DNA of 21,565 nt, from IMG/VR virus record IMGVR_UViG_3300048503_000086, one strand, 5' to 3'. Each line of letters starts with the position of its first letter. Position 1 is the stretch's first letter. The translations under genes were made by a program, and so were the position numbers. Positions 1 through 9,641 of this stretch are shown here, one piece after another. The notes under the pieces were generated by a model. It was not told where the DNA came from, searched no databases, and worked only from the letters and a program-made list of their open reading frames with translations. The DNA is from a virus. Lineage: Duplodnaviria; Heunggongvirae; Uroviricota; Caudoviricetes.

Positions 1-25
1 AAGCAGTGGTATCAACGCAGAGTAC
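1..25 (+). other. Library adapter (SMART/template-switch type amplification primer), not genomic
   Basis: Exact AAGCAGTGGTATCAACGCAGAGTAC at 1-25; the methyltransferase frame is open from base 26. Confidence 0.97.
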
Positions 26-1519
26 TCGCCGTATGCCAAAGCGATTGCGGCTTACCTTGCATTCGCCACAGATAAGGTTGCCGACTTCAGTTCCACATTT
101 TGCAGATGGGGCAACGATGACGAGGGTGTCACGGGTACGTTCGGAATGCAAGCCGTCGGGATGGTTTGGGATTATGCAGAAACAAATCCGCTCTGCGACA
201 AGACCGGGGGCTTCCGTTGGGCGATTGATCTTGTCGTGAATGCCATCAAGACTACGGCCCAGTCGCACACGAATGCTGCTCACGTCAAGCGCGGCTCGGC
301 ATCACGTCTGCCGTTTGGTGACTCGACGCTCGATGCCGTCATTGTGGACCCACCGTACTATGATTCCGTTCCTTACGGCGATCTTAGCGACTATTTCTAC
401 GTTTGGCTGAAGCGGAGTCTTGGTGGTCTGTTTGGTGAAGTGTTCTCGACTCCGCTCACCCCAAAGGCCGACGAGGCTATTGCCTACTGGGGAAACGCCG
501 CTAAGAAGCGTGCGATTCAGAAGCCGCCGGAATGGTACGAGCAGCAGATTGCTCTTTGCTTTGCAGAGATGAATCGTTCAATGTCGCAACATGGTGTTGC
601 TTCAATCATGTTCGCCCACAAAACGACCACTGCTTGGGAGGCAATTGTATCGGCTCTCGGGCGGAGTGGAATGTATTGCACGGCCTCATGGCCTATTCAC
701 ACGGAAGGACGTGGCAGGCTCACAAGCCAGGATGCCGCTGCCCTTGCAAGCAGCATCACGCTCGTTTGCCGGAAACGGGACACAAATGCTGAGAGCGGGC
801 TCTGGGACGACGTTCGTCAAGAACTCAAGACGGTCGCTCAGGAACGACTCGACTTCTTTTGGGACCAGGGTATCCGAGGAGCGGACTTCTTCGTGTCGGC
901 TATTGGGCCGGCCCTTTCTGTTTACGGCAAGTACGAACGGGTTACGAAGTTGTCCGGTGAAGAAGTTGCCGTCGGCCGGTTTCTCGATGAAGTGCGGGGA
1001 CTTGTGACCAACTACGCCTTGGCGAAAATTATGCGAACTGACCACACGGCCAGTATCGACCCGGAAAGCCAATTCTACGTGATCTGGAGGTGGTCCTACG
1101 GCGATGCCAAGGTGCCCGCCGACGAGTCGTTCAAGTTGGCCCAGGCCCTCGGCATGGCGACCGAGACCATGTGGGATCGTACCGGCGTGCTAGAGAAATC
1201 GGGAGAGAATGTCCTAGCAATGCCCATTGCCAAACGAATGAAGGTCAAGGATCTGGGTGATCCCGAGGCGAACGGCACCCCGGCCAGCCTCATTGACGTG
1301 CTCCACCGGCTCTGTGTCTTCCGTGAGAAGAACGACCCAGACGGCATGGGCCAATTCCTCGCCCGAAGCGCCCAGGGGAACAACCCGGCCCTCTGGGTCG
1401 TCGCCCAAGCCATCAGCGACATCCTGCCGGAAGGCAACAAGGAAAAGCAACTCATGCAGGGCCTACTGAACCAGAAAGAGAAACTCGAACAAGCCGCCGA
1501 GCAGGGACGGCTGTTCTGA
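26..1519 (+). CDS. DUF1156-type adenine DNA methyltransferase, C-terminal part (5'-truncated)
   Basis: Frame of ORF 146..1519 is open back to 26 (SPYAKAIAAYLAFATDKVADF...). Catalytic motif IV DPPYYD, plus the family-typical segments GMVWDYAETNP, FAHKTTTAW and ASSITLVCRKR. Confidence 0.88.
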   Translation, partial: SPYAKAIAAYLAFATDKVADFSSTFCRWGNDDEGVTGTFGMQAVGMVWDYAETNPLCDKTGGFRWAIDLVVNAIKTTAQSHTNAAHVKRGSASRLPFGDSTLDAVIVDPPYYDSVPYGDLSDYFYVWLKRSLGGLFGEVFSTPLTPKADEAIAYWGNAAKKRAIQKPPEWYEQQIALCFAEMNRSMSQHGVASIMFAHKTTTAWEAIVSALGRSGMYCTASWPIHTEGRGRLTSQDAAALASSITLVCRKRDTNAESGLWDDVRQELKTVAQERLDFFWDQGIRGADFFVSAIGPALSVYGKYERVTKLSGEEVAVGRFLDEVRGLVTNYALAKIMRTDHTASIDPESQFYVIWRWSYGDAKVPADESFKLAQALGMATETMWDRTGVLEKSGENVLAMPIAKRMKVKDLGDPEANGTPASLIDVLHRLCVFREKNDPDGMGQFLARSAQGNNPALWVVAQAISDILPEGNKEKQLMQGLLNQKEKLEQAAEQGRLF

Positions 1520-2000
1520 ACCATTCACCCACGCGAGCCAGCACTATGCCCGGAGCCATTGCAGCAAACCTCCACGAGGGCAGTCGTTCAGAATACCTGG
1601 CCCAATACGTCTTTTCCTCTTGGGGAACGGCGGTCGCTATTCCACACCAGGAAGACTCCGGCTTGGACCTCTTCTGCGCTCTTGTTGAAAGGAAAGGCCG
1701 GCTTGCCCTGGCGAAGTCGCCATATACCGTCCAGGTGAAGAGCACGATGGATGCTTGGGTGTTCGAGGGGGAGGATGCCGTTAAGTGGCTGATTGAGCAC
1801 CCTTTGCCGCTGTTCCTATGCGTTGTGGACAAGTCGTCAGCACACCTTCGGGTATACCAGACATCACCTCGGTTTCATGTATGGGCTGGCGGTTCGCTGC
1901 CGGAGCGACTCTCACTGGTTCCGACTATGGAGACGGATGGCGACTGTCGTGGCTGGAAGAAAGGTGACACGTTTGATCTCCGTGCCCCAATTCTGGATTT

Positions 2001-3688
2001 GGTTGCAACCGCCGCTGCGCGCTACCGCGCATTACGCAGTTTGCCCATAGTTACGCAATAATAACTCTTATCGGGATGATGAGGACATAAAGGCGGGCTC
2101 CAGGGTAAAACATTGAAATGTGTTACGAATGTTTCAGTGTCCTACCACAGGAGCCCGAGCGATGATTATCGAGATTGAGGATCGGTTTTGCAAGGTGGCG
2201 AAGGTGTTTTCAGAGGTGCTAAGCAAAGTCCAGCGTGCGGCCGAACGGGGCGATGCGGTGCATGAGGTTGAGGAGATGACTTGGAGGGGCCTGATCGAAA
2301 CGGGCCGCGAAACCGTCGTCGCGTACATCAAGGAGCAGGAGGAAAAACTCCCGCGACCAGAAGTGATCGAACACGAGGGGAAGACGCTTCACCGGTTGCC
2401 CGAGCAACGTACGCGGCCGTATGTTTCGGCCTTCGGCCCGACGCCGTTCCGACGTGACGTCTACGCCACGCGAGAAACGCAACGCCAGGAGGTGGTGCCG
2501 TTGGACGCGAAACTTGGAATGCCGGAGAGCGATACGTCGTACCTGTTGCAGAAGTGGAGTGGCTCGCAGTTTGTGAAGGAATCGTACAAGGAATCGCGGG
2601 GCACACTGCTGGGAATCCTCGGCTTTGCTCCGTCGGTCAACTGCCTGGAAGATATCGCTACGGCGGCGTCCGAGCATGCCGATGCCTACTTCGCGCAACA
2701 GGAACCGGTTGATCTGACGACGGAGGAGGAGATCCTTGTCGCCACGAGCGATTGCAAAGGTGTGCCGATGCGACAGGTGGACGCGCCGCAGAAGAAGCAG
2801 GACGCGGACGTACCGCGAAGGAAACGGCTGAAGAAGGGTGAGAAGAACGGCCAGAAGCGGATGGCGTGCGTCGGCGGTGTCTACTCGGTGGCCCCGTTTC
2901 GTCGCACGATCGAGGATGTGCTCAATGAGATCCTTCGCAAAGAAAAGCAGGAACAGCGGCCCAAACCGCAGAACAAGCGACTACGGGCCGTCTTGACTCG
3001 CGAAGTTGACGGCGAGGAAGTCAACGCCAAGGATGTTGTCTTCGACTGGCTTGCCAAGGAACTGCAGCAGCGCGATCCGCACGAGCGCCGGACGGTCGTA
3101 GCGGTCATGGACGGCGAAACGAAGCTTCGCGACTTGCAGGAACTGAAGATCAGCCGGGCGATCGGCATCTTGGACATCTGGCACGTGACCGAATACTTAT
3201 GGGAACTGGCCTACTGTTTTTACCGCGATGGGAGTGATGAGGCGGAAGCGTTCGTTGAAACTTATCTGCGAAAGCTGCTCGAAGGCAACGTCAACCGCGT
3301 AGTTGGCGGCATTCGCCAAATGGCGACCAAACGTGACTTGCCGAACCACAAATGGGAGAAGGTCGAGGATTGTCTGAGCTACCTCGCGGCGCGGGCTGAA
3401 TACATGAAGTATGACGAGTACCTGGCCGCCGGCTACCCGATTGGCAGCGGCGTCGTGGAGGGTGCTTGCCGTCACTTGGTGAAGGATCGGATGGAACAAG
3501 CCGGCATGCGTTGGCGGATCGCTGGCGCCCAGGCGATTCTCAGCCTACGAAGCATCTACGTCAACGATGACTGGGATGCGTTCCATGCCGATCGAATCCA
3601 AACAGAACAACGCAAATTGTACCCCTACAAGAAACGCTTGCACGCTACCCTAAACTGCGCAACTTAACGCGATCCAGAGGTTGCAACC
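2001..3688 (+). mobile_element. ISKra4-family insertion sequence, 1688 bp
   Basis: Both ends are GGTTGCAACC followed inward by N7-CGCG(C/T)TA. 9-bp direct repeat TCTGGATTT at 1992-2000 and 3689-3697. Confidence 0.9.
2162..3667 (+). CDS. ISKra4-family DDE transposase (501 aa from ATG 2162)
   Basis: AGGAG RBS upstream of 2162. Motifs ATSDCKGVPM, VMDGE, LDIWHVTEYLW and GSGVVEGACRHLVKDRMEQAGMRW. Frame intact. Confidence 0.88.
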   Translation: MIIEIEDRFCKVAKVFSEVLSKVQRAAERGDAVHEVEEMTWRGLIETGRETVVAYIKEQEEKLPRPEVIEHEGKTLHRLPEQRTRPYVSAFGPTPFRRDVYATRETQRQEVVPLDAKLGMPESDTSYLLQKWSGSQFVKESYKESRGTLLGILGFAPSVNCLEDIATAASEHADAYFAQQEPVDLTTEEEILVATSDCKGVPMRQVDAPQKKQDADVPRRKRLKKGEKNGQKRMACVGGVYSVAPFRRTIEDVLNEILRKEKQEQRPKPQNKRLRAVLTREVDGEEVNAKDVVFDWLAKELQQRDPHERRTVVAVMDGETKLRDLQELKISRAIGILDIWHVTEYLWELAYCFYRDGSDEAEAFVETYLRKLLEGNVNRVVGGIRQMATKRDLPNHKWEKVEDCLSYLAARAEYMKYDEYLAAGYPIGSGVVEGACRHLVKDRMEQAGMRWRIAGAQAILSLRSIYVNDDWDAFHADRIQTEQRKLYPYKKRLHATLNCAT

Positions 3689-4146
3689 TCTGGATTTCAC
3701 TATGGAAGACACCTTCTCGGACGATTTTGCTGAACGGGCCAGGGAGGTTGTTCAAACCTGGGTGGACGTGGAATACGCAAACCTCGATCGGCGGCGAAAC
3801 GGGGTTCGCAATTTCATTGTGCCGCTCAAGTACAACCGAAACGAGCCGCCCGATATGCGATGCACGGCTAAGTATGTGTCCCCGAGTCGAATAGTTACTG
3901 ATGATGAGCTTCGGCAAGCTCTGGCTCCCCTCAAGGAGTTGCTGGATTTTGTCGGCGGTGAATGTTACAAGCGCAAAGATATTCGTGGCGCAGCCTTGGC
4001 ATTGTTGCTCCACCGACACTTGTACCCCGACCAACTGCACCCGTACATGAACGAGATCGACAGTGAATTGGCCCTGGAGAAAGACGAGTTCCGACACGTA
4101 GGTGTGGAGCGGTTGGAGCAGGTCATCGACGCGGCCTTGGCAGCTA

Positions 4147-5340
4147 TACCTTACGCGGCGAGAAATGATCTGTTCTTGTCTCTTGGACCGGATTTTGGTA
4201 CATCATAGCCGGTTCGCCGATGGATCGGCGGACGAGGCATCGGTCCATGAGGCGAATGGAGGTCAAGGATGGCTTGGTTTCGAGTGCGTTTGTCGGAGGA
4301 AGAGCAGCGGATTGTGGGGGAGGAGCGATGGGAGCATCCCCACGAGACCGACACGACGGAAAATGGAGGTTCTGTGGCTGCTGCACCATGGACTTACCCG
4401 AGAACAAGTGGCGAAAATCGTCGGCATCGGATCGGCAACAGTAAAACGATACGCAAATGCATACCGGGACGGCGGCCTCGATGGTCTGCGGCGCTGGGCG
4501 AAAAAGGGGCCAACCGGTTCGTTGGAGGCCCATCGCGAATTGCTCGCCGAGTCGTTCCGGGAACGACCGGCTTCAAGTGTGGCGGAGGCGGCCGACCGCA
4601 TCGAGCAATTGACTGGGATTCGTCGCGGGCCGACGCAAACGCGGTTGTTCTTGAAGAAGCTCGGCTTGCGTTGGCAGCGGATGGCTGCCATTCCCGTTCC
4701 CCCCAAAAAAGTGTCGAGGAACACGTGGCGGAGCAGCAGCGATTTCTCGCTGACGAACTGAGGCCCCTGCTGGATGCCGCCCAGGCCGGTCAGGGGCACG
4801 TGTTCTTCGTTGATGCGGCGCACTTCGTGTTCGGCACCTTTCTGTGCTGCTTGTGGTCGTTCGGGCGGCTGTTTGTAAGGGCGGCGTCGGGGCGGCAGCG
4901 ATTCAACGTCTTGGGGGCTTGGAACGCGGTGACGCGGGAGTTGATTGCCGTGACAAACACCACGGTGGTCAACACGGAGACCATGTGCGAACTGCTGCGC
5001 GAGGTCGCGGTTCGTGGACTGGTGGGGCCGATCACGTTCGTGCTGGACAACGCCCGCTACCAACGAAACGCCACGGTGCAGGCTCTGGCCGCCCAATTGG
5101 GGATTACCTTGCTCTACCTGCCTTCGTACTCCCCGAACCTGAATCTGATTGAGCGGCTGTGGAAGTTCATCAAGCGAAAGGAACTTTACGGCAAGTACCA
5201 TGCCCGGTTCGACGACTTTCGGACCGCGATTCAGACGTGTCTGTCTCAAGTCAGTACGACACACCGGAATCCCCTCAAAAGCCTGATGACCCTCAACTTT
5301 CAGACATTCGAGAACGTATCACTATTGTCCGCGTAAGGTA
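4147..5340 (+). mobile_element. IS630-family insertion sequence, 1194 bp
   Basis: Terminal inverted repeat TACCTTACGCGG (4147-4158 and 5329-5340), flanked by TA at 4145-4146 and 5341-5342. Confidence 0.93.
4269..5336 (+). pseudogene. IS630 transposase in three frame segments (apparent extra base near 4335-4350; -1 shift at CCCCCCAAAAAAG 4699-4711)
   Basis: N-terminus MAWFRVRLSEEEQR in one frame, the HTH region (RRKMEVLWLL...TVKRY) in the +1 frame, and the DDE part (FFVDAAHF, VLDNARY, LPSYSPNLNLIERLWK) back in the first frame. Confidence 0.8.
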
Positions 5341-5524
5341 TAAAGGCCGCGCAGCACCGAATTCGGCAAGATGATGGCGATATGACTGACGTGTTGATCT
5401 ACTGGCGAGACTACCTGCTAAGGCTTGAATTATTTGAGACGGTGATTCGCAGATAAGGCAAGATGCGAGAACGCGAAGGCGGACGTCCGTGTCCGCAGAA
5501 GTGCGAGGAGAGGGAACCAGCAGA

Positions 5525-5845
5525 TCAGTCGGCTGGCGGGGCAGGTGGCGCGGAGGACTGAGCGGGCAGGAAGTCGGCAAGGAAGTAGACGGCTGCGACG
5601 AAGTCGCGCCCGGTGGCCAACATCACGAAGTCGATAGCGTTGAAGTTCTCTTCGCAGCGGAAGCAGCGGCCCAGGTTGGTATGGGGATTGACGGCGGTCA
5701 GGGACTCACCGCAGCGCGGGCAGACGAAGCAGAACCGCCCTTCGCGGCGTTTGCTGGGCCAGTTCAGATGTTCGGCGATGACACATTCCAGCGGAATCTC
5801 ATTGCGCAGACGATACAGTAGTTCGCGGGGGAAGTACTTGGACAT
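5525..5845 (-). CDS. CHC2/primase-type zinc-finger protein (transposon passenger)
   Basis: CPRC...NLGRCFRCEENFNAIDFVM followed by DFVAAVYFL, the pattern of the DnaG-type zinc-binding domain. Confidence 0.7.
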   Translation of the reverse strand: MSKYFPRELLYRLRNEIPLECVIAEHLNWPSKRREGRFCFVCPRCGESLTAVNPHTNLGRCFRCEENFNAIDFVMLATGRDFVAAVYFLADFLPAQSSAPPAPPAD

Positions 5846-5886
5846 GACGTCTTTCCAGGAGCCGCGCGGGCTGATTGGCGTCCGCG

Positions 5887-6678
5887 TTAAGGGAGTTGGA
5901 ACTCGCTGAGTGTCTGCTGGAGCATGGCTTCGCTGATGCGAGAGGCGTTTTGGGCAGCGGCTTGCAGGAGGCAGGCCGTGGCTAGGTTGTTGATCTGCCG
6001 GGGGATGCCACCCGAGTAGTCGTGGATCAAGTTTTTGACTGTCGGGTCAAAGAGCTTCTCCGAGCCGCCGGCCTGCTTCACTTGGAAGTCGATGTAGGAG
6101 GCGGTCTGCTCCTTGCGTGAGCGGTGCCAGGTGAAATCGCACGGAGATGCGATTCAAGAGGTCAACGTGCAACGACTGTCGCAAGGTCTGCCGTAGCGGT
6201 TCCTGGCCGGCCAGCACGACCTTCAGCGGCGGCGCGTCGTCCAGGGCGGAGCTGATCAGCAGGCGGATGTCGACCAGCGCCTCGGCGGCGATCAGGTGGG
6301 CCTCGTCGAGGACCACCAGCAGGCCGCCATCGGCTTGGCGGGCCTTGCCGAGGATCTGCTCGAACAGGCGTTCCTTGCCGCAGCGCGGAAGCTCTCCCAG
6401 CTTGCCCACCAGCAGTTTCAAGAGCCCGGTGGCCGACAGATGGGTCAGGTGCAGATAGACCGGCTGCCACCGCGGCCCGTGCAACTCGTGCAGAAGCGTT
6501 TCAGCAGGGCCGATTTTCCCACGCCGCTGGCGCCGGTGACCAGGGCCACCGTGGCCTGCTCGGCCAGGTAACGGAGCCGGGCCAATCCCTGCTGCATGCG
6601 ATCGTCTTGCCAGAGGGCCGCCGCCGAAACTCGTTCGGCGAAGGGTTGTGAGGTGAACTGGAAGTGATTGAGGAACAT
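5887..6678 (-). pseudogene. ExeA-like AAA ATPase, frameshifted near 6490 and 6110
   Basis: AAGGAG RBS, then MFLNHFQFTSQPF, Walker A GASGVGKS, Walker B VVLDEAH, and C-terminal SGGIPRQINNLA, spread over three frames. Confidence 0.8.
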
Positions 6679-6757
6679 CAGGTTCTCCTTTGTTTTTCGT
6701 GGACCAATTGTCTGTAAGAGAAAGACGATGTCGGGGATGGTCCGCCCAGTGGCGCGC

Positions 6758-8253
6758 TCACACGCCTCGCGGAGCATGGGGAGCGTCCAGGCAGCTCAGC
6801 CGCTGATAGACCTTTTGCAGGCTCTCCAGTTCGTCGGTGGTGAAGGCCGTCAGGCCGCCCTTGCGCCCCAGGTGGGCGGCGAGCTGCTTGACGAACTCGA
6901 CGAATGGCCAGCGGCGTCCGGCCGCGGCCAACACCGCCTGATAGTCGATCCCCGCGTGGCGGTCACGCAGGCCCTGCTCGTGCTTCTGGATCAGCAGTTC
7001 GAGATAGTTGTGCTTGGGCTTGGGAGTTTCCTGTTGCGGCGGCTGCGCGGGTACGCTCTCGCGCTGGTGCCGCTTGCCCATGCCCAGGTATTCGCCATCG
7101 GAGGAGTAGACGAGCACGGTTTCCAGCGGGCTGAACGGATCGTACCGCACCTCGACCCAGTCGCCGCGGAGCCGGGATCGACCTGGAAGAAGCGACCCTC
7201 CAGTTGCACGTCGGAGAAGTCCGCATGGACCTTGCGGCCGACCTTGTGCAAGAAGTACTTGAGCACCTCTTGTAGGTTGACGTGCCGGGTGAAACGGTTT
7301 CCCTGGTGATAGCGCTCCAGGGGCGATCTGATGGGTTTCGCTGTTGGGCTGCTGGTGGTAGCTCTGCTCCATCCAGGCGGCCAAGGCCCGGTTGAGCCGG
7401 TCCAAAGTGAGGATCTCGCCGGCGCGGACCTCGCTTTCCAACTGGCTTTGGGCGGTCTCGAAGAAGCGTTCGATCAGCCCGCCAGGCGGTGGATCGCCCA
7501 CGCCACGGTGGAGCAGGCGGATGTTCAAGGCGAAGCAGGCCGCCTTCAGGGCGTGGGCGTGGTAAATCTTGGCGTTGTCCAGATACAGTTCGCGGCTGGC
7601 CCCGTGGACGGCCCAGGCCCGCAGCAGGGAGTCGGTGAGGATGTCCAGGTTTTCGCGGAGGTAGTAACGGGCCTCGACCACGTAACGGCTGTGGCAGTCG
7701 ATGAAGGCCGAGAGGTGCGTGGCAACTGCCTGGTCGCCCACCAGCACGCACGGTCCGTCCTCGAAATCGCCCAGCCACAAGGCGTTCGAATGGTCCCTCG
7801 TCCAGCGGCGGCGAACCTTCCGCTGGCTGATGCCCAGTTTCAACCGCGTGGCCCCGGCCCGCTTCAGATGGCGATAGAGCGTCGATTTGGGGATCGTCGC
7901 CTTGAACTCGGCTTCCAGGAACTGGTTGATGGGGACGTTCGAGCGGTAGCGGCTGCTCCTTCTTCAGCTCGACGGCCTTGGCGATCATCGCCTGGCGTGT
8001 GCTTGCGCGGCTGGCCCCGGTCGCTCCGCCGCTTGCGGAACAGGGCCTCGAAACCGCCGTCGCGGTATTGCTTCCACTTCCGCCACAACGTGGCCCGCGA
8101 CGGCCGGCGACGCTGCCCGTCAGGGAAGACGTGCTCCTGGGAGGCCAGTTCGTTCAGAAAGCGACCGGCCTCTTGCGGAGGAATCTCTCCGTAGAGCAAG
8201 GGACTCAACAGCGAACACCAGAAAACGGCCCAATGTTCTTGGCGATCGGACAT
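6758..8253 (-). pseudogene. Mu/rve-type DDE transposase with several frameshifts (3' end approximate)
   Basis: Start MSDRQEHWAVFW with an AGGAG RBS and an HTH (SRATLWRKW). DDE segments WLGDFEDGP, LYLDNAKIY and LIERFFET. Pieces lie in ORFs 7864..8274, 6963..7988, 6758..7843 and 6991..7266. Confidence 0.82.
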
Positions 8254-8302
8254 CGGAGGCGCTCCTTTCCGCACGTTTGCCTCGTGCGAAAAGCAGTCTA
8301 CC

Positions 8303-8969
8303 TCACGACCAGTTCTGGCTTATTGCATAGCGGGGGAAGATTCCCGCGCCGAATAGCCCTTCGCACACGCGGTCTGCCGCGAGCAACTGCATGGCCTGCT
8401 GAAGCGTGTTCTGCCGCTGCTCGGAACGGTACTTCATCGGCGGCACCACCCAAGGCTGGCGGTGCAGCGTCGAGTTGGGTTCTTTCTGCCGAACCAGATC
8501 CCAGGCGGCCCGCAGCGTCCTCGGCATCCCTCCCAGCCACGACAACCACCGCCACACCGTACTCGGGGCCAGACCACGCGCCTTCTCCAAACCGGCCGGA
8601 GTGCGGTCGTCGTACATGATGGGCATCCCCTGGTGCTTGACGGTCTTCGCGTAGGAGTGATCCGTTCCCAGATACTCGCCGGCCTTCTCCAGCACCGGCG
8701 ACTTGACGAACCGTTTGCCGGGCAAGGCGAAAGGGCGGGTAGTCCGTGAATCGCTTGCCGCAGCGCAGGCACCGCCATCGTAAGATCCAGGACACCGTTA
8801 CCTGGATGCACCGCTCCAGGACCAGCCGGAACTTCCGCCGCCGGCAGTCGTGCCACCGGAAGGACTCCTTCTCCACCGCGCCACAGCCGGGACACGCATG
8901 GGCATAGCGCACCCGCTCCCCCGACTCCACCCGCCGGGTGTGGGTCTTGACATCCTTTTCCAAATCCAT
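8303..8969 (-). pseudogene. DUF6431-like zinc-ribbon/HTH protein, one frameshift near 8730
   Basis: CPGCG...RWRCLRCGKRFTDYPPF continues, after one extra base, as ALPGKRF...LAPSTVWRWL. Confidence 0.68.
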
Positions 8970-9641
8970 GATTGTAGAAGCATCGTTTGAGGCGGGGGGC
9001 GTGCCGCGATCGCAAGATCCGCACGCCTCCTGCTTTTCCTCCCCATGGTAATGTTGCGAAGCGACCGCGGCGCGCCACAAGCAGGGGGCGGGGTCCTATT
9101 TTCGCATTCTTGGGGCGGGGTTACAGGGCGGGGGGCTGCCCAGGCGGCGGGATGCGTCTCTGGTACTTCAAGCCGCGCAGCCGCTCTCCGTCCGGCAAAG
9201 TTCAGGACTCAGGAACTACCGCAAGAACGCGACCGGGCAGTATGCCGGCTGGCACTCGAACGCCCAGCTTCTCGGCAAACTGCTGCCTGGGGACCGCATG
9301 TGGATGGTCACGTCGGGCAAGGCCCTTCAGCAGGAGGCCGAACAGGCGGGGTTCTTGGTGGCGGTATGGCAGGTGGCGGAGGCCCTGGGGAATCCGGGCG
9401 ATGATCCGACCTACCCCAAGGATCGCTACCGCTACCGGGTCGTGCCAAACGAGGGGGAATCCATTACACTGAATGAGCCGGTGCCGGTGGACCACATCCT
9501 CCGGCCGGCGCGAGGTAGCAAGGCCGTGTCCATCGGACGGTACTTGCAGGGACCAAGAAGACTGGATGAATCAACCATCCGCCTCCTGCGTGTGGCCGCG
9601 GGGCCGGATATGGCAATCAAGTGGTTGAAAGGAAATCGAGC

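Larger units (their letters stand above)
1546..5374 (+). pseudogene. DUF4365-like PD-(D/E)xK nuclease, split by two IS insertions (join 1546-2000, 3698-4146, 5343-5374 = 311 aa)
   Basis: N-terminal EDSGLDLFC...YTVQVKS motif. Removing each IS plus one TSD copy gives one open frame (...PILD|FTMEDT...AALAA|KGRAAPNSAR*), 936 nt in total. Confidence 0.82.
5416..9214 (-). mobile_element. Four-gene DDE transposase + AAA ATPase transposon (Mu/IS21/Tn7-like architecture), 3799 bp
   Basis: 6-bp direct repeat ACTACC at 5410-5415 and 9215-9220. The ends align without gaps as imperfect inverted repeats (17/27). A second inverted copy of the end motif lies at 9155-9174 (16/20 to 5422-5441). Confidence 0.85.

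Noticed and set aside
4263-5264. 333-aa minus-strand ORF
   Set aside because: Antisense shadow of the IS630 transposase.
5407-9219. Alternative transposon boundaries CTG...CAG (5415-9212) with an imperfect GAGACTAC/GAACTAC duplication
   Set aside because: Needs an indel in the TSD and a gapped end alignment; 5416-9214 gives a perfect 6-bp TSD and ungapped inverted ends.
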